Assembly: GCA_016933575.1 (NCBI GenBank)
Contig: JAFGAR010000028.1
Span: 192,001-256,000 of the forward strand
Length of the DNA stretch: 64,000 nt
Reading direction: 5' to 3'
Source: Candidatus Thorarchaeota archaeon
Lineage (GTDB): Archaea > Asgardarchaeota > Thorarchaeia > Thorarchaeales > Thorarchaeaceae
The notes below the pieces were generated by a model. The model searched no databases. It was not told where the DNA came from and saw nothing but the letters and a program-made list of their open reading frames with translations. Positions 8,813 to 19,462 of this stretch are shown piece by piece (within the stretch, counting starts at the first letter, position 1; each line of letters begins with the position of its first letter). The translations under genes and the position numbers were made by a program.

Positions 8813-10051
8813 TCATAGGTTGGTTTGGCTATCTCTGCCTTTTACAAAGAAGAGATAAAACAATACGATGCTGGCAGAATATAAGATACCAGCCAACACA
8901 AATGGAAGATTCAAGAAACCAGCAGCTAATAGAACTCCACCGATGTTCAATCCGAACGCTCTTGATAGAGAATCACCAGCATTGATGACACCCATTGCAG
9001 TGGACCTTTCTTCTTTATTCAAGCCCTCCATGAAAAATACATCCATCACCGGCCATGCAATATTCATGAATAGGGCTCTCATCACAAATCCAATTGCTGC
9101 AATAGACAGCATTGGAGACCAAGACAACAAGAAAAGGAAAGGAACAGAGAGTGCTTGAAACCAGATGATAGTACCTAATTTCCCAAATCTGTCAACAATT
9201 GCTGGAGACACAAAATTACCAGAGGCCATTACTAATGTGTTAATAGCAAAAATGATACCAATAGTGATTTCATCAGCTTGAAAGGCTCTGTTAAAGAAGA
9301 CATTGACAAATTGGATGAACAACCCTGCTCCAAATCCAGATATTGCCCAAGCAAGAGTGTATTTGCCAATAAAACCACGATTGTGGATATTAGAAAACTT
9401 CAGAGATATTTTTTGAACTTCTATGGGTTTATCGACTGCTAGTGGAATAATTGACAATGCAGCAAGCCCAAGGGGTATTAACGCAATCCAAAGAGAGAGT
9501 CGGTAAGCTGAGAGTAGATCAATTGCGACACCTAATCGAGACCATAGTGTTGGTAAGAAACCCCCAGCCAAAGAGCCTAAGAGACTGGCAATTAGAAAGA
9601 AAGCATAACGAATGCTGAACACATGTACACGCTCTTCATTGGATGTAATGTGAGCTGTGTACGGTTGCCAGCAGACATTTGTGAAACCAAAACCCAAGCC
9701 ATAGAGAATCTGTGACAATAGAAGGAATAATGGTTCTAAAGTTGTGTATTGAATCAGAACTCCGATAAAAATAACGATGTATCCTCCAAGTAGTATTTTC
9801 TTCCTTGAGAATCTATCAGCAATTAACCCTGCAAAGATTGCGAGTCCTCCAGCTATGAACATTGATATCGAGAGGAAAAAACCAAGAAAGTCTTCACTAA
9901 ATCCAGCCTCTAAGAGATATAGATTGAAAATTACATCGCTTATTCCAAAAGCAAAGGCGGAGAACATCCAGCTTACAATGGTCAAGCGGGCGTCTCTATT
10001 AATGAGTCTGACCTTATCGAAATAATTCAAACGTACAGACCCAGACGACAT
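8813..10051 (-). CDS. MFS transporter
   Basis: GLIADRFSRKK motif A, IVDRFGK, about 12 TM. Confidence 0.92.
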   Translation of the reverse strand: MSSGSVRLNYFDKVRLINRDARLTIVSWMFSAFAFGISDVIFNLYLLEAGFSEDFLGFFLSISMFIAGGLAIFAGLIADRFSRKKILLGGYIVIFIGVLIQYTTLEPLFLLLSQILYGLGFGFTNVCWQPYTAHITSNEERVHVFSIRYAFFLIASLLGSLAGGFLPTLWSRLGVAIDLLSAYRLSLWIALIPLGLAALSIIPLAVDKPIEVQKISLKFSNIHNRGFIGKYTLAWAISGFGAGLFIQFVNVFFNRAFQADEITIGIIFAINTLVMASGNFVSPAIVDRFGKLGTIIWFQALSVPFLFLLSWSPMLSIAAIGFVMRALFMNIAWPVMDVFFMEGLNKEERSTAMGVINAGDSLSRAFGLNIGGVLLAAGFLNLPFVLAGILYSASIVLFYLFFVKGRDSQTNL

Positions 10052-10139
10052 ACACGAATCGATTCAATGGGAACTTTTGTCTGTTTTGAATTGAGTAGAA
10101 AATTTATACTAATTTAAACCCGCGATGTAACTCATGGAT

Positions 10140-11039
10140 CTAGTGCGCGATGAACTTTAAGACCGAGCCAGCACCAATGGATTTGAAAATACTCTCAAAA
10201 CCGTACATAAGTGCAGCTTGGCCTTTCAATCCAGTACAATGACAAGGAGCAAGGGTGGTGAGTGGATATTTAGATAGGTGTTCTACCGTCTTGGATAACC
10301 GCTCCTTTGAAGCATCATGTAAATGCAGACCACCAACTATTCCAGTGATGGATCTAGAACTTATAAGATTGGAAACATGCTTTGCAGTATTGACTATGCC
10401 TGAATGACAACATCCTGCGAGAATTACGATTGAATCATCTTTCAAATGAAATGCGAGAGATAGGTCATCATCGATCAAGTCTGGTATTCTCTTTCCATCT
10501 TTGAGGGTCTGTATCTCAGTTAAGCGACCTGTCAACTTCTCAAAATCGTTAGTTCGAGGTACTTCACCGGTTGTCATGACTCCAGTAGTGATAGTGTAAG
10601 GTTCTGTTGATGTAATGACATCAGTTCGATTCTCGAGTTCTGAGAGTTTGAAATAGTTATGAATCCCAATCTGATGTTCCTTGCCAGCTTTGTCTTGGAT
10701 TATCTTTGGACTGAGAGCTTGAGGGTGGCATAATACTGGAGTTTGTTTGCCAATCATATTGAGAATCTCCATGACACCTCCCACATGGTCCCAGTGTCCA
10801 TGACTCAAGACTATCATCTCAATTGTCGTTGGATCGACCTCAGCAATACGAAGATTATGACGAAGAGCTGGTGTAGAACTTGCAGTATCAAATAGAATGC
10901 GTTTCTTGCTAGAGTCATCATATACTATATCCACTAGAGCTGAGAAACCAGCCTCCCCTAGATACTCGCTTAAGTCCACTTTACCGTCAGCAAGAATTGT
11001 GATTGTTATCTCTTCTATTCCTCTTTTCATCACTAACAA
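10140..11039 (-). CDS. MBL-fold metallo-hydrolase (COG1237-like)
   Basis: LSHGHWDHVGG, GCCHSG, GGLHL, PCHCTG. Confidence 0.9.
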   Translation of the reverse strand: MLVMKRGIEEITITILADGKVDLSEYLGEAGFSALVDIVYDDSSKKRILFDTASSTPALRHNLRIAEVDPTTIEMIVLSHGHWDHVGGVMEILNMIGKQTPVLCHPQALSPKIIQDKAGKEHQIGIHNYFKLSELENRTDVITSTEPYTITTGVMTTGEVPRTNDFEKLTGRLTEIQTLKDGKRIPDLIDDDLSLAFHLKDDSIVILAGCCHSGIVNTAKHVSNLISSRSITGIVGGLHLHDASKERLSKTVEHLSKYPLTTLAPCHCTGLKGQAALMYGFESIFKSIGAGSVLKFIAH

Positions 11040-11144
11040 TTCCAGGAAGTTCTCAGGTATATTGGAATATTGATAGTATTTACATTATTCGTAAAATAGC
11101 AATTAGAGGGAATTTATTAAGCGAAAGGGAGAGTCAAGATAGAT

Positions 11145-12161
11145 ATGAGAGAAACCAATGTCCTGTTCATCTGGGAAGTAAGAGAGGAACTTCAAAAATA
11201 TCTTCGCCAGGGACTACAAGAAGTGGAGGGTGTTAATCTTATCTTTCCAACAGACACCTCCAATGAAGCACTTCTTCATTTAGCACCTAGAGCTGACATT
11301 CTCATTGGATGGAGACCAGCACGAGAACTTCTGGATGCAGCTACACGCTTTCAGCTATTCATCAATCCAGGAGTTGGAGTCCAGCATCTTATCAACACCT
11401 TTAGAGAACTTGCTGAAACTCGAGATATTGTCTTGATTAATGGACATGGGAATACATACTTTACTGCACAACATGCAGTAGCTATGCTACTTGCTCTCAC
11501 GAATAAAATAATTCCACATCATAATTGGATGAAACAGGGGCTTTGGAGAAAAGGAGATGAAGATGCAAAGTCAAAGCCTCTTAGAGACCTACGAATTGGA
11601 CTTCTTGGGTATGGGGCAGTGAATCAGAAGGTGCATAGATTTCTCTCAGGATTCAATGTCGAATTTCTCATCCTTAGAAGATCAAAGAGCGGAAGAAGAA
11701 GACTACCAACTAAGGTAAAACAATATTCTACTAATGAATTAGATATGTTTCTGAAAGAAACAGACATTCTGTTTGTTGCGGTTCCGCAGACTGAAGAAAC
11801 TGTTGGTATGATTGGTAGGAAGGAATTCGAACTTCTTGGGAGAGATAGTTTAGTTGTGAATATTGCTAGAGGCGTGGTCATTGATGAAGAAACATTCTTT
11901 GAAGCTCTTTCAAAGAAAATCATTGCGGGAGCTGCAATTGATGTCTGGTATGACTATAATCCTGAGGTAGATTCAGAGGGTCGTAAGTTCCCATCAAGAT
12001 TTCCGTTTCATTCATTAGAGAATGTGGTGCTATCGCCGCATCGCGGCGCGTCACCTATGGATGACCTGAAAAGATGGGATGAAGTGGTTGTGAACATCCG
12101 CAAATTCGCAGAGGAACAGTATGACTTCATCAATATCGTTCAATTAGACAGAGGCTATTAG
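11145..12161 (+). CDS. D-isomer-specific 2-hydroxyacid dehydrogenase
   Basis: GLLGYGAV Rossmann motif, VNIARGVVIDE, AIDVW, SPHRG. Confidence 0.92.
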   Translation: MRETNVLFIWEVREELQKYLRQGLQEVEGVNLIFPTDTSNEALLHLAPRADILIGWRPARELLDAATRFQLFINPGVGVQHLINTFRELAETRDIVLINGHGNTYFTAQHAVAMLLALTNKIIPHHNWMKQGLWRKGDEDAKSKPLRDLRIGLLGYGAVNQKVHRFLSGFNVEFLILRRSKSGRRRLPTKVKQYSTNELDMFLKETDILFVAVPQTEETVGMIGRKEFELLGRDSLVVNIARGVVIDEETFFEALSKKIIAGAAIDVWYDYNPEVDSEGRKFPSRFPFHSLENVVLSPHRGASPMDDLKRWDEVVVNIRKFAEEQYDFINIVQLDRGY

Positions 12162-13045
12162 ACTTCCTCCAATTCATCAAGCTTAAGTGTTAACTTTCGA
12201 GGGTTTGCTAGTAGACTGATTTCATATCTGTGCAATGTAGGGTTTTTCTTATCCTTCTTCCAGAGATGGAAGCCTTTGTTTATCTTCTCTCTAATCTTTC
12301 CTCTATAAGCTATCATAATCGAGAAGCATTGGAGTACTCGGCAGAACCACTCGTTTTCAGCGAGTACTGGATCCTTTATCTTGACTGAGAACTCGCCACC
12401 AAAATCACCAAATTTACTATCAATGCTTGCCACAGTTTCATGCCCATTCAGTCTGATGATATTAAAATCATCACCAAGAGTAGCACGCGCTCCTTCAATC
12501 CTAAAGGCCTCAAATGTATTCTTGGGTCCTAGTATATAGAAAGCATAATTCTCTGTGGAGAGACCTCCTCGCCTGAATTGCTTGACCCAGGTGATAATCT
12601 CAGTATCTTTCGTTATCACTGTGAAGGCGATGAGTGGTTCATCTGAAGCAAAACTTGAAGCATATTCTTCCGCAAGCATTTCCTCCATAGAAGCAATCCA
12701 GCCACCACTATTTGAAAAGAGTTTGACGACCAATCGCTTGTCTAAATCATCAACCTCAGACCACAGGGACTGTCGTAATATGATAAAACCAATCTTCTCT
12801 AATGATGTCAGCTTTTCTTTTTCATCGGTCCGTTTGGTCTCCATGATTTCACCGACAATATCAGCATCCCTTGAGAATTGCCGACTCTTTGAACGCCACA
12901 TCTCATCCTGACGATATCCAATTTCCTCTCCGTGGAAACCTGTTGAGTATAGGTCTTGTGAGAACACCCGATAGATTGGACCAACTTTTCGCTCATTCTT
13001 ATTCTTGGACAACTCAATCACACATCTTCTGATTATAACAATCAA
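12158..13045 (-). CDS. Hypothetical protein, possible Tubby-C/LURP-one-like fold
   Basis: GDDFNIIRLNGHETVASIDSKFGDFGGEFSVKI pattern; true start probably TTG at MSKNK. Confidence 0.6.
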   Translation of the reverse strand: MIVIIRRCVIELSKNKNERKVGPIYRVFSQDLYSTGFHGEEIGYRQDEMWRSKSRQFSRDADIVGEIMETKRTDEKEKLTSLEKIGFIILRQSLWSEVDDLDKRLVVKLFSNSGGWIASMEEMLAEEYASSFASDEPLIAFTVITKDTEIITWVKQFRRGGLSTENYAFYILGPKNTFEAFRIEGARATLGDDFNIIRLNGHETVASIDSKFGDFGGEFSVKIKDPVLAENEWFCRVLQCFSIMIAYRGKIREKINKGFHLWKKDKKNPTLHRYEISLLANPRKLTLKLDELEEV

Positions 13046-13239
13046 TGATAAGTCTTAGTTTCTGCTTATGTCTAAGGATTCAGTAAGATGCCCGACCCAC
13101 CAAATCCAATGTCTGTTCGATCCCCATGAGATACAGTAGACAATGAGAGGAATAGCCCTTAGGGCAATTCCTTCAACTATTATGCGAACATATGCAACCC
13201 AGAACCTTCATATGTAGCATGTGCTGACAGCGGCACCCG

Positions 13240-14856
13240 TTGGACATGATAGCTGAACTCACTATTGTCTTTCAGATAATCGGCGGTCTTGCCCTCTTCA
13301 TGTATGGCGTGACCCTTCTTAGGGAAACACTAGGTAAGATATCAGGAAGACGTGTAGTGAGAATATTAGAAAAAGTGAGTGATGACCCTATCAGAGGAAT
13401 GGGAGCAGGGACTGCAGCAACTGTCATGACTCAAAGCTCAAGCATTACAGTGTTGACACTCATTGGTTTTGTCAATGCAGGTATGATGACCTTTAGGCAA
13501 TCGGTCAATGTCATGCTGGGATCAGAGATAGGCACAACAGTGACAGCTCAGCTTGTTTCATTTGATATAGGTGGCATATTTTGGCCATTGGTTGCTATTG
13601 GATTTTTCATGAAGATGTTCTCAAAGAGGGAGAGAATAAAGCTAATTGGAACAGTTGTCTTTAGCTTAGGACTATTATTCCTAGCAATGGATTTCATGAA
13701 ACAAGGAGCAGCTCCTCTGACAACAGACTATCCCTTCTTTAGAAGTCTCATAAATGATTATGGAGCAATACCAATTTTAGGAATTCTAATTGGTGCACTT
13801 ATTGCTGGAGTCACTCAGAGTAGTTCTGCAACCACCAGTCTCGTCATTGCAATGGGAGCTGTTGGTGCTATCGATTTAGGACCAGGAATTGCACTAGTTA
13901 TGGGGGCAAATATTGGAACCTGTTTTCTAGAACTATTTGCAGGTATCGGTGCAACAACCCCAGCAAAGCGGACAGCAGTAGCGCAAGCCATTATCAATGT
14001 TATAGGAGTAAGTATATTCCTGCCATTCTTAGAGCCCTTTTCAAACGTAGTTCTAGCGACTTCTCCAGATCTTCCACATCAGATCGCTAATGCCCATACG
14101 ATATTCAATGTGATTGTAAGCCTAATCTTCATTCCACTTGTTGGGTGCCTGGTCAAGTTTTGCGAGAGAATCATTCCAGACAAAGAGGGAGAGGTCATTG
14201 GAAAGCATTTCTTTGACGATGAGATGTTGCATCTTCCTCAGGCGGCATTACTAGAATCTGAACGCGAAACGATTAGAACTGCTGAAAAAACGATTGACAT
14301 GATTGCATTAAGTAAGAGTGCTTTACTAACCAAGAATATCGATGACGCTAGAAAGGTAATGCAGTACGAAGATGAAGTTGATGTAAGTTGTCGTGATACC
14401 GAAGACTTCATAGATAAAATTCGAGAGGAAGAACTCAATAATGAAGATATAATCTGGAGAATCAAGCTTCTTGCTATTCTCACTGATATAGAACGAGTAG
14501 GAGACCTAGCATCGAACATCGGTGAGTTTGTAATTGATAAATTGAAGAACGGAATCATCTTCTCCAAACAAGGGATAAAAGATCTTGCAGAGATGTTTGA
14601 TCTCGTTATTGAAACCTACACGACTGCCATTAGTTCATTGAAGACCAAGAACAAGGATCTTGCCAAAACTGCTGAGAAACTTGAAGATGAAGTTGATATC
14701 TTGGAAAGAAAATTGAAGGCATCCCATGTCAAACGTGTAAGTGAGGGAATTTGCGACCCTCAAGCTGACCAAATTTTTGTAGAAACCTTGAGGAATCTAG
14801 AAAGAATTAGTGATCATGCAGACAATATTGCCTATGATGTCATTATGGACACATGA
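13240..14856 (+). CDS. Na+/Pi cotransporter (NptA/SLC34-like) with C-terminal PhoU domains
   Basis: Two QSSS motifs, GSEIGTT/GANIGT, IANAHTIFN; PhoU repeats DIERVGD and LERISDHADNIA. Confidence 0.93.
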   Translation: MDMIAELTIVFQIIGGLALFMYGVTLLRETLGKISGRRVVRILEKVSDDPIRGMGAGTAATVMTQSSSITVLTLIGFVNAGMMTFRQSVNVMLGSEIGTTVTAQLVSFDIGGIFWPLVAIGFFMKMFSKRERIKLIGTVVFSLGLLFLAMDFMKQGAAPLTTDYPFFRSLINDYGAIPILGILIGALIAGVTQSSSATTSLVIAMGAVGAIDLGPGIALVMGANIGTCFLELFAGIGATTPAKRTAVAQAIINVIGVSIFLPFLEPFSNVVLATSPDLPHQIANAHTIFNVIVSLIFIPLVGCLVKFCERIIPDKEGEVIGKHFFDDEMLHLPQAALLESERETIRTAEKTIDMIALSKSALLTKNIDDARKVMQYEDEVDVSCRDTEDFIDKIREEELNNEDIIWRIKLLAILTDIERVGDLASNIGEFVIDKLKNGIIFSKQGIKDLAEMFDLVIETYTTAISSLKTKNKDLAKTAEKLEDEVDILERKLKASHVKRVSEGICDPQADQIFVETLRNLERISDHADNIAYDVIMDT

Positions 14857-14860
14857 ATGT

Positions 14861-16312
14861 CTATTCACTCTTATCCTGCTCAGAAATCTTTCTTCGTTCC
14901 AATATTCCAGCATGTGTCATTCGTTTTGGAGAGAGTGCTAGATCTAGCCACTCCTCATCCATTAGACCCTCTTCAAGTATAATTTCTCGAATTGGTCTTC
15001 CTGTAAAGAGTGCAGTCTTGGCCACTCTGGAAGCCGCCTTATACCCAATGATTGGATTTAGAGCAGTGACTAGACCCACACTGCGATGTACAATGTCTAA
15101 TCCTGTATGATTGGGTTCAATCCCACGAATACAACGTTCAGTGAGAATAGGAATGCAGTTCTTTAGAACCTTCAATGCCTGAAAGAAATTGTATGCGATC
15201 ACAGGTTCAAAGGCATTCAATTCTAATTGACCAGATTGTGAAGCAACCGTTATCACAAGATCATGTCCCATGACCTGAAAGGCAACTTGTGTGACCATCT
15301 CAGGAATGACCGGATTCACTTTACCAGGCATTATTGATGATCCAGGTTGGACTGGTGGTAAGGTTATTTCATGAAATCCACCAATAGGACCTGAGGATAG
15401 AAGAATTAGGTCACCACAAATCTTCCCTAAATTAGTCGCTAACACTCGGAGAAGGCCTGAAGCATGCACAAACTCATCAGAATTTTGAGTGTCATCGATC
15501 AGATTCTCAGCTGTGGTCAATTCAGCAATACCAGTCACTTCGATGAGATGCTTTTCTGCAAGGTCGATATAATCCGGATCAGCGTTGAGTGATGTGCCAA
15601 TGGCTGTGGCTCCAATGTTATGGGTCTTCAGAACATTGATGGCAGATGTTATACGGGTAAGGTCTCTTTTCAAAGCTGCGGACCATGCTCCAAACTCCTG
15701 ACCAAGAGTGATAGGAACTGCATCCTGCATTTCAGTTCGTCCGAGTTTTAGAATGTCCTTGAACTTCTCTGCTTTCTCATCTAGAGCATCAATGAGGTTA
15801 TTGAGATTGATAGATAATTCTCTAAGCCCAAAGATAGTTGCAATCTTGATTGCTGTTGGATAGACGTCATTAGTTGATTGGGAGAGATTCACGTGGTCAT
15901 GGGCAGAGATTGGACTCGTTGAATTTCTTGCTTCCCCAAGAATCTCATTTGCTCTGGAAGCAATGACCTCGTTGGCACACATATTAGTTGATGTACCTGC
16001 ACCGCCTTGAAGCATATCAACTTTGAATTGACCTTCTAGCTCTCCAGAGATTATTTCATCACATGCCTGTATTATTGCCTTAGCATATTCTGAATCAAGA
16101 TGACCTAGGTCGAGATTTGCCATAGCACAAGCTTTCTTCACCATCGCAAGAGCTCTGATTAATGTTGGATAGTTATAGAGATGAACGAGTGAAACTCCAA
16201 AATTTTCCTGAGCTCTGAGAGTCTGAATTCCCCAGTATGCATCTTTGGGAATTAGTCGGACTCCAAGAAGGTCACTCTCTTCCCGATATTCCATTTCTTC
16301 CATGATGACCAA
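14861..16312 (-). CDS. aspA: Aspartate ammonia-lyase
   Basis: YWGIQTLRA.ENF, QGGAGTSTNM, SQSTNDVYPTA, GRTEMQDA, GSSIMPGKVNPVIPE. Confidence 0.9.
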   Translation of the reverse strand: MVIMEEMEYREESDLLGVRLIPKDAYWGIQTLRAQENFGVSLVHLYNYPTLIRALAMVKKACAMANLDLGHLDSEYAKAIIQACDEIISGELEGQFKVDMLQGGAGTSTNMCANEVIASRANEILGEARNSTSPISAHDHVNLSQSTNDVYPTAIKIATIFGLRELSINLNNLIDALDEKAEKFKDILKLGRTEMQDAVPITLGQEFGAWSAALKRDLTRITSAINVLKTHNIGATAIGTSLNADPDYIDLAEKHLIEVTGIAELTTAENLIDDTQNSDEFVHASGLLRVLATNLGKICGDLILLSSGPIGGFHEITLPPVQPGSSIMPGKVNPVIPEMVTQVAFQVMGHDLVITVASQSGQLELNAFEPVIAYNFFQALKVLKNCIPILTERCIRGIEPNHTGLDIVHRSVGLVTALNPIIGYKAASRVAKTALFTGRPIREIILEEGLMDEEWLDLALSPKRMTHAGILERRKISEQDKSE

Positions 16313-16370
16313 GCTCCAATCAAGGTGTCTAGAGGTATGACGTTTGATTGATTAATGCCTTGGTTAATCA

Positions 16371-17957
16371 TTAAAAACCTGCAGCTTGTCCATCCTTCCG
16401 ATAATCAGAACCTGCAATCCAAGCATCTTCCAATCTAAGGATTGCCTGTCCACCACCAAATCCTGATGCAGTTTCGTGAATTAACACATGGCCCATTCTT
16501 CGAAGCTGACCTTGAACTTCAGGTGGAATCCCATTTTCAAGTGCGACCAGGTTCCGTTCATGATCATGGTCAAATCGCGGGTAATCAAGAGCTTCCTGTG
16601 GACCCATGTGATAATCCGCAAGATTACTTACAAATTGGGCATGCGCTTGAGCTTGGTGAGAGCCTCCCATAATACCAAATACCCCTTGGATATTGCCATC
16701 TTGATATAATGCGCCAGGAATTATCGTATGAAAAGGTAATTTCTTTGGTGCAAAGCAATTTGGATGGGTAGGGTCAAGTGAAAACAGACATCCTCGATTT
16801 TGTAGCTTGATGCCATATCTGGGAACAACAAGGCCACTCCCAAAACCCAAGTATAGGCTGTTTATGAATGACACAGCTCCACCAGCTCCATCAGCTGTCG
16901 CGAGATATACGGTATCACTATCAGTGGGAATACCAGAAGGATATTCAGTCATAGCCCGGTTTCGATTAATGAGCTTTGTACGTTCCACTGCATACTCCTT
17001 GGAAAGAAGTGCTTCTAGAGGAATCTCATAGAATGACGGATCTGTATTATGCTGATGCAAATCGCCATAGGCTAGTTTCTTTGCCTCAATCATTAGATGG
17101 TATCGTTCTGCTGTAAGAGATGAGCTTGTGGGAAAATCAAATTGCTCCATCAAATTGAGCATGATAAGTGCAGCAAAACCTTGGCCATTTGGAGGATGCT
17201 CAAAGACGTCCAATCCTCTATAATTGGTTGACACAGCTACGGTCTCCACAGTTTTATGTGATTCAAGATCATCCATCGTGAGAAAACCATCATGTTCTTG
17301 AACAGTCTTTACAATAGATGCACCAATATTCCCACCATAGAACACGTGGGGACCATCAGATGCAACCATCTCAAATACTTCAGCAAGACCAGGATTCTTC
17401 AATATCTCGCCAACTCGGGGAGAACGACCATCAATCGTATAGATTCGTTTTGCTTCATCATTTATGAGAGAATGGACTGCCAAAGGCCAAACTTGCGCAA
17501 TAATCGGAGAAACAGGGAATCCATTCCGTGCATAGTAAATTGCAGGTTCAAGAACCTCACTGAATTCAAGAGATCCATATTTTTCTACTAGATAATACCA
17601 CATATGCATTGCACCGGGTACTGATACAGAGGCACCCCCACGAACAGGCATGGAGGTCCAGCCTCTTTCTAGTAAATCGTCAAGTGTGATAAGAGAACCC
17701 GATCTTCCAGAACCATTGATGCTGACGGGTCGGCTTTTCCCTGGAAGGTGAACAAGAGCAAATGCATCACCACCACAACCTGTACTAAAAGGTTCTACAA
17801 TATCCAATACAGCAGCAGTTGCAACTGCTGCATCAATACTATTCCCCCCTTTACGGAGTATCTTCAAGCCAGCTTGTGTTGCTAACGGCTGTGAGGACGC
17901 GACAACACCATGTTGCGCTATGACATCAGACCTACCTGTTGACCTCCGCCAGAACAT
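16371..17957 (-). CDS. ggt: Gamma-glutamyltransferase
   Basis: GGNSIDAAVA, EHPPNGQG, nucleophile DTVYL, LQNRG, PFHTIIP, GIMGG, GSDYRKDG. Confidence 0.92.
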   Translation of the reverse strand: MFWRRSTGRSDVIAQHGVVASSQPLATQAGLKILRKGGNSIDAAVATAAVLDIVEPFSTGCGGDAFALVHLPGKSRPVSINGSGRSGSLITLDDLLERGWTSMPVRGGASVSVPGAMHMWYYLVEKYGSLEFSEVLEPAIYYARNGFPVSPIIAQVWPLAVHSLINDEAKRIYTIDGRSPRVGEILKNPGLAEVFEMVASDGPHVFYGGNIGASIVKTVQEHDGFLTMDDLESHKTVETVAVSTNYRGLDVFEHPPNGQGFAALIMLNLMEQFDFPTSSSLTAERYHLMIEAKKLAYGDLHQHNTDPSFYEIPLEALLSKEYAVERTKLINRNRAMTEYPSGIPTDSDTVYLATADGAGGAVSFINSLYLGFGSGLVVPRYGIKLQNRGCLFSLDPTHPNCFAPKKLPFHTIIPGALYQDGNIQGVFGIMGGSHQAQAHAQFVSNLADYHMGPQEALDYPRFDHDHERNLVALENGIPPEVQGQLRRMGHVLIHETASGFGGGQAILRLEDAWIAGSDYRKDGQAAGF

Positions 17958-17960
17958 CTC

Positions 17961-19352
17961 TTAGACCTCCGTTGGATAACCTTTCGATACCCAACCTTTG
18001 TATCCTTCAATTGGAACTGCAATATCGGTGAAACCATTTCTATGTAAGATACTTGCTGCAGCAGTTCCACGGAATCCTGAGGGGCAAAGTGGTGCAATCG
18101 AAACGTTTCCGTCAATCGATGTTGCAGTTTCATCCAAAAGTGTCAGAGGAGATGAGATGGCACCGGGGATGTGATTTTGACTGAATTCATGGGGTTCTCG
18201 TACATCAACCACTCGAATCGAGTTTGTATCAACTCTCTTCTTCAATTCTTCAGTAGAGAGAGTTCTTATAGATTCTACTGGTCGTCCGCTCTGTATCCAA
18301 GTATCAATTCCATTTTTCAAGAAACCTACTATATCATCGAGACCAACTCGTACAAGATAACTCCAAGCTTGTCCAAGGTCCTTGCGATTTCCTAAAATCA
18401 AAGAGAACGTCTGTTCTGCCTTCAATGTCCATCCTGCTAATAGACCCATGTTTGTTAGACTCAAGTTTATAGTTCTAGGGATGAACTGCATCAAAAATTC
18501 TTTGGCTTGACGAGTATCTATTCCACGATGATTATCATCTTCAATGTTATTCGCAAGAGATACTGCATCAAGTTCCTGTGGAGGGCTTCTGGTGTTTAAA
18601 AGGAGAGGACCTATTGTATTCAATTTTTCACAGCGTTTGAAATATGAAGTCCGTGTCAGTCTCTGTGCTGTCTTTGCTGAAACAAACTCTTCCTCATCCA
18701 TCTTAAGCCACATGTTATTTGATCTCTCAAATCCGATTGTTGAAAATTCTCTATCCCCAATTGCGCCACCACAGACTGAACCAGCACCATGACCAGGATG
18801 AATTATTACTCCATCTCCAATAGGGAGCAGCTTTTCGTGTAAACTACGAAAGAGCTTACGCGACATTTCTTCGTGTTTGTTGATATCGACAAGATCAGTT
18901 CTTCCAACTTCGTTAACAAAGAGTGTATCTCCAGTGAATGCAATTATGGGATCAGGTCCTGAGGATTTGTCGGATACAACATAGCATATACTATCATCAG
19001 TATGACCAGGTGTATTCAAACAGGTGATGTGCATTTTTCCAGCGTTAAAGGTTTCACCGTCAGCAATAGCATGTTCACCAAACTTGAAAGATATAGCATT
19101 ACTATGGCCAATCTCAACGTCAGGAACCAAGGATTGGAGCTCAAGAGAACCTATCACATAATCCTCGTTCCTGTGAGTCTCGAAAACATAACGGATATCA
19201 ACGCCTTCTCTCAATGCAAGCTCAGCATAGATAGAAGCATCTCGTCGAGGATCTATCACGACTGCTTCTCCATCAGAGCTCACAAAATAAGAGAGAGCTG
19301 CTAGTCCTTCAGACCTAACTGTGGTTATCCTCATTAGACAGATCACTATCAA
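17961..19352 (-). CDS. MBL-fold hydrolase fused to two rhodanese domains (persulfide dioxygenase/CstB-like architecture)
   Basis: VIDPRRD, ETHRNEDY, TPGHT, FTGDTLFV..VGRTDL, PGHGAGSVCG; DVREPHEF..HIPGA, LCPSGFRG. Confidence 0.88.
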   Translation of the reverse strand: MIVICLMRITTVRSEGLAALSYFVSSDGEAVVIDPRRDASIYAELALREGVDIRYVFETHRNEDYVIGSLELQSLVPDVEIGHSNAISFKFGEHAIADGETFNAGKMHITCLNTPGHTDDSICYVVSDKSSGPDPIIAFTGDTLFVNEVGRTDLVDINKHEEMSRKLFRSLHEKLLPIGDGVIIHPGHGAGSVCGGAIGDREFSTIGFERSNNMWLKMDEEEFVSAKTAQRLTRTSYFKRCEKLNTIGPLLLNTRSPPQELDAVSLANNIEDDNHRGIDTRQAKEFLMQFIPRTINLSLTNMGLLAGWTLKAEQTFSLILGNRKDLGQAWSYLVRVGLDDIVGFLKNGIDTWIQSGRPVESIRTLSTEELKKRVDTNSIRVVDVREPHEFSQNHIPGAISSPLTLLDETATSIDGNVSIAPLCPSGFRGTAAASILHRNGFTDIAVPIEGYKGWVSKGYPTEV

Positions 19353-19462
19353 AGATTCTATCTTCCCTCCTTTAAGTTATGAGGTATAATACGAGTTGTG
19401 AGAAATGTTCCAAAGGACAAAGATTAAACATGACATTAACTGAGAAATCATGGTGTTCGGTA

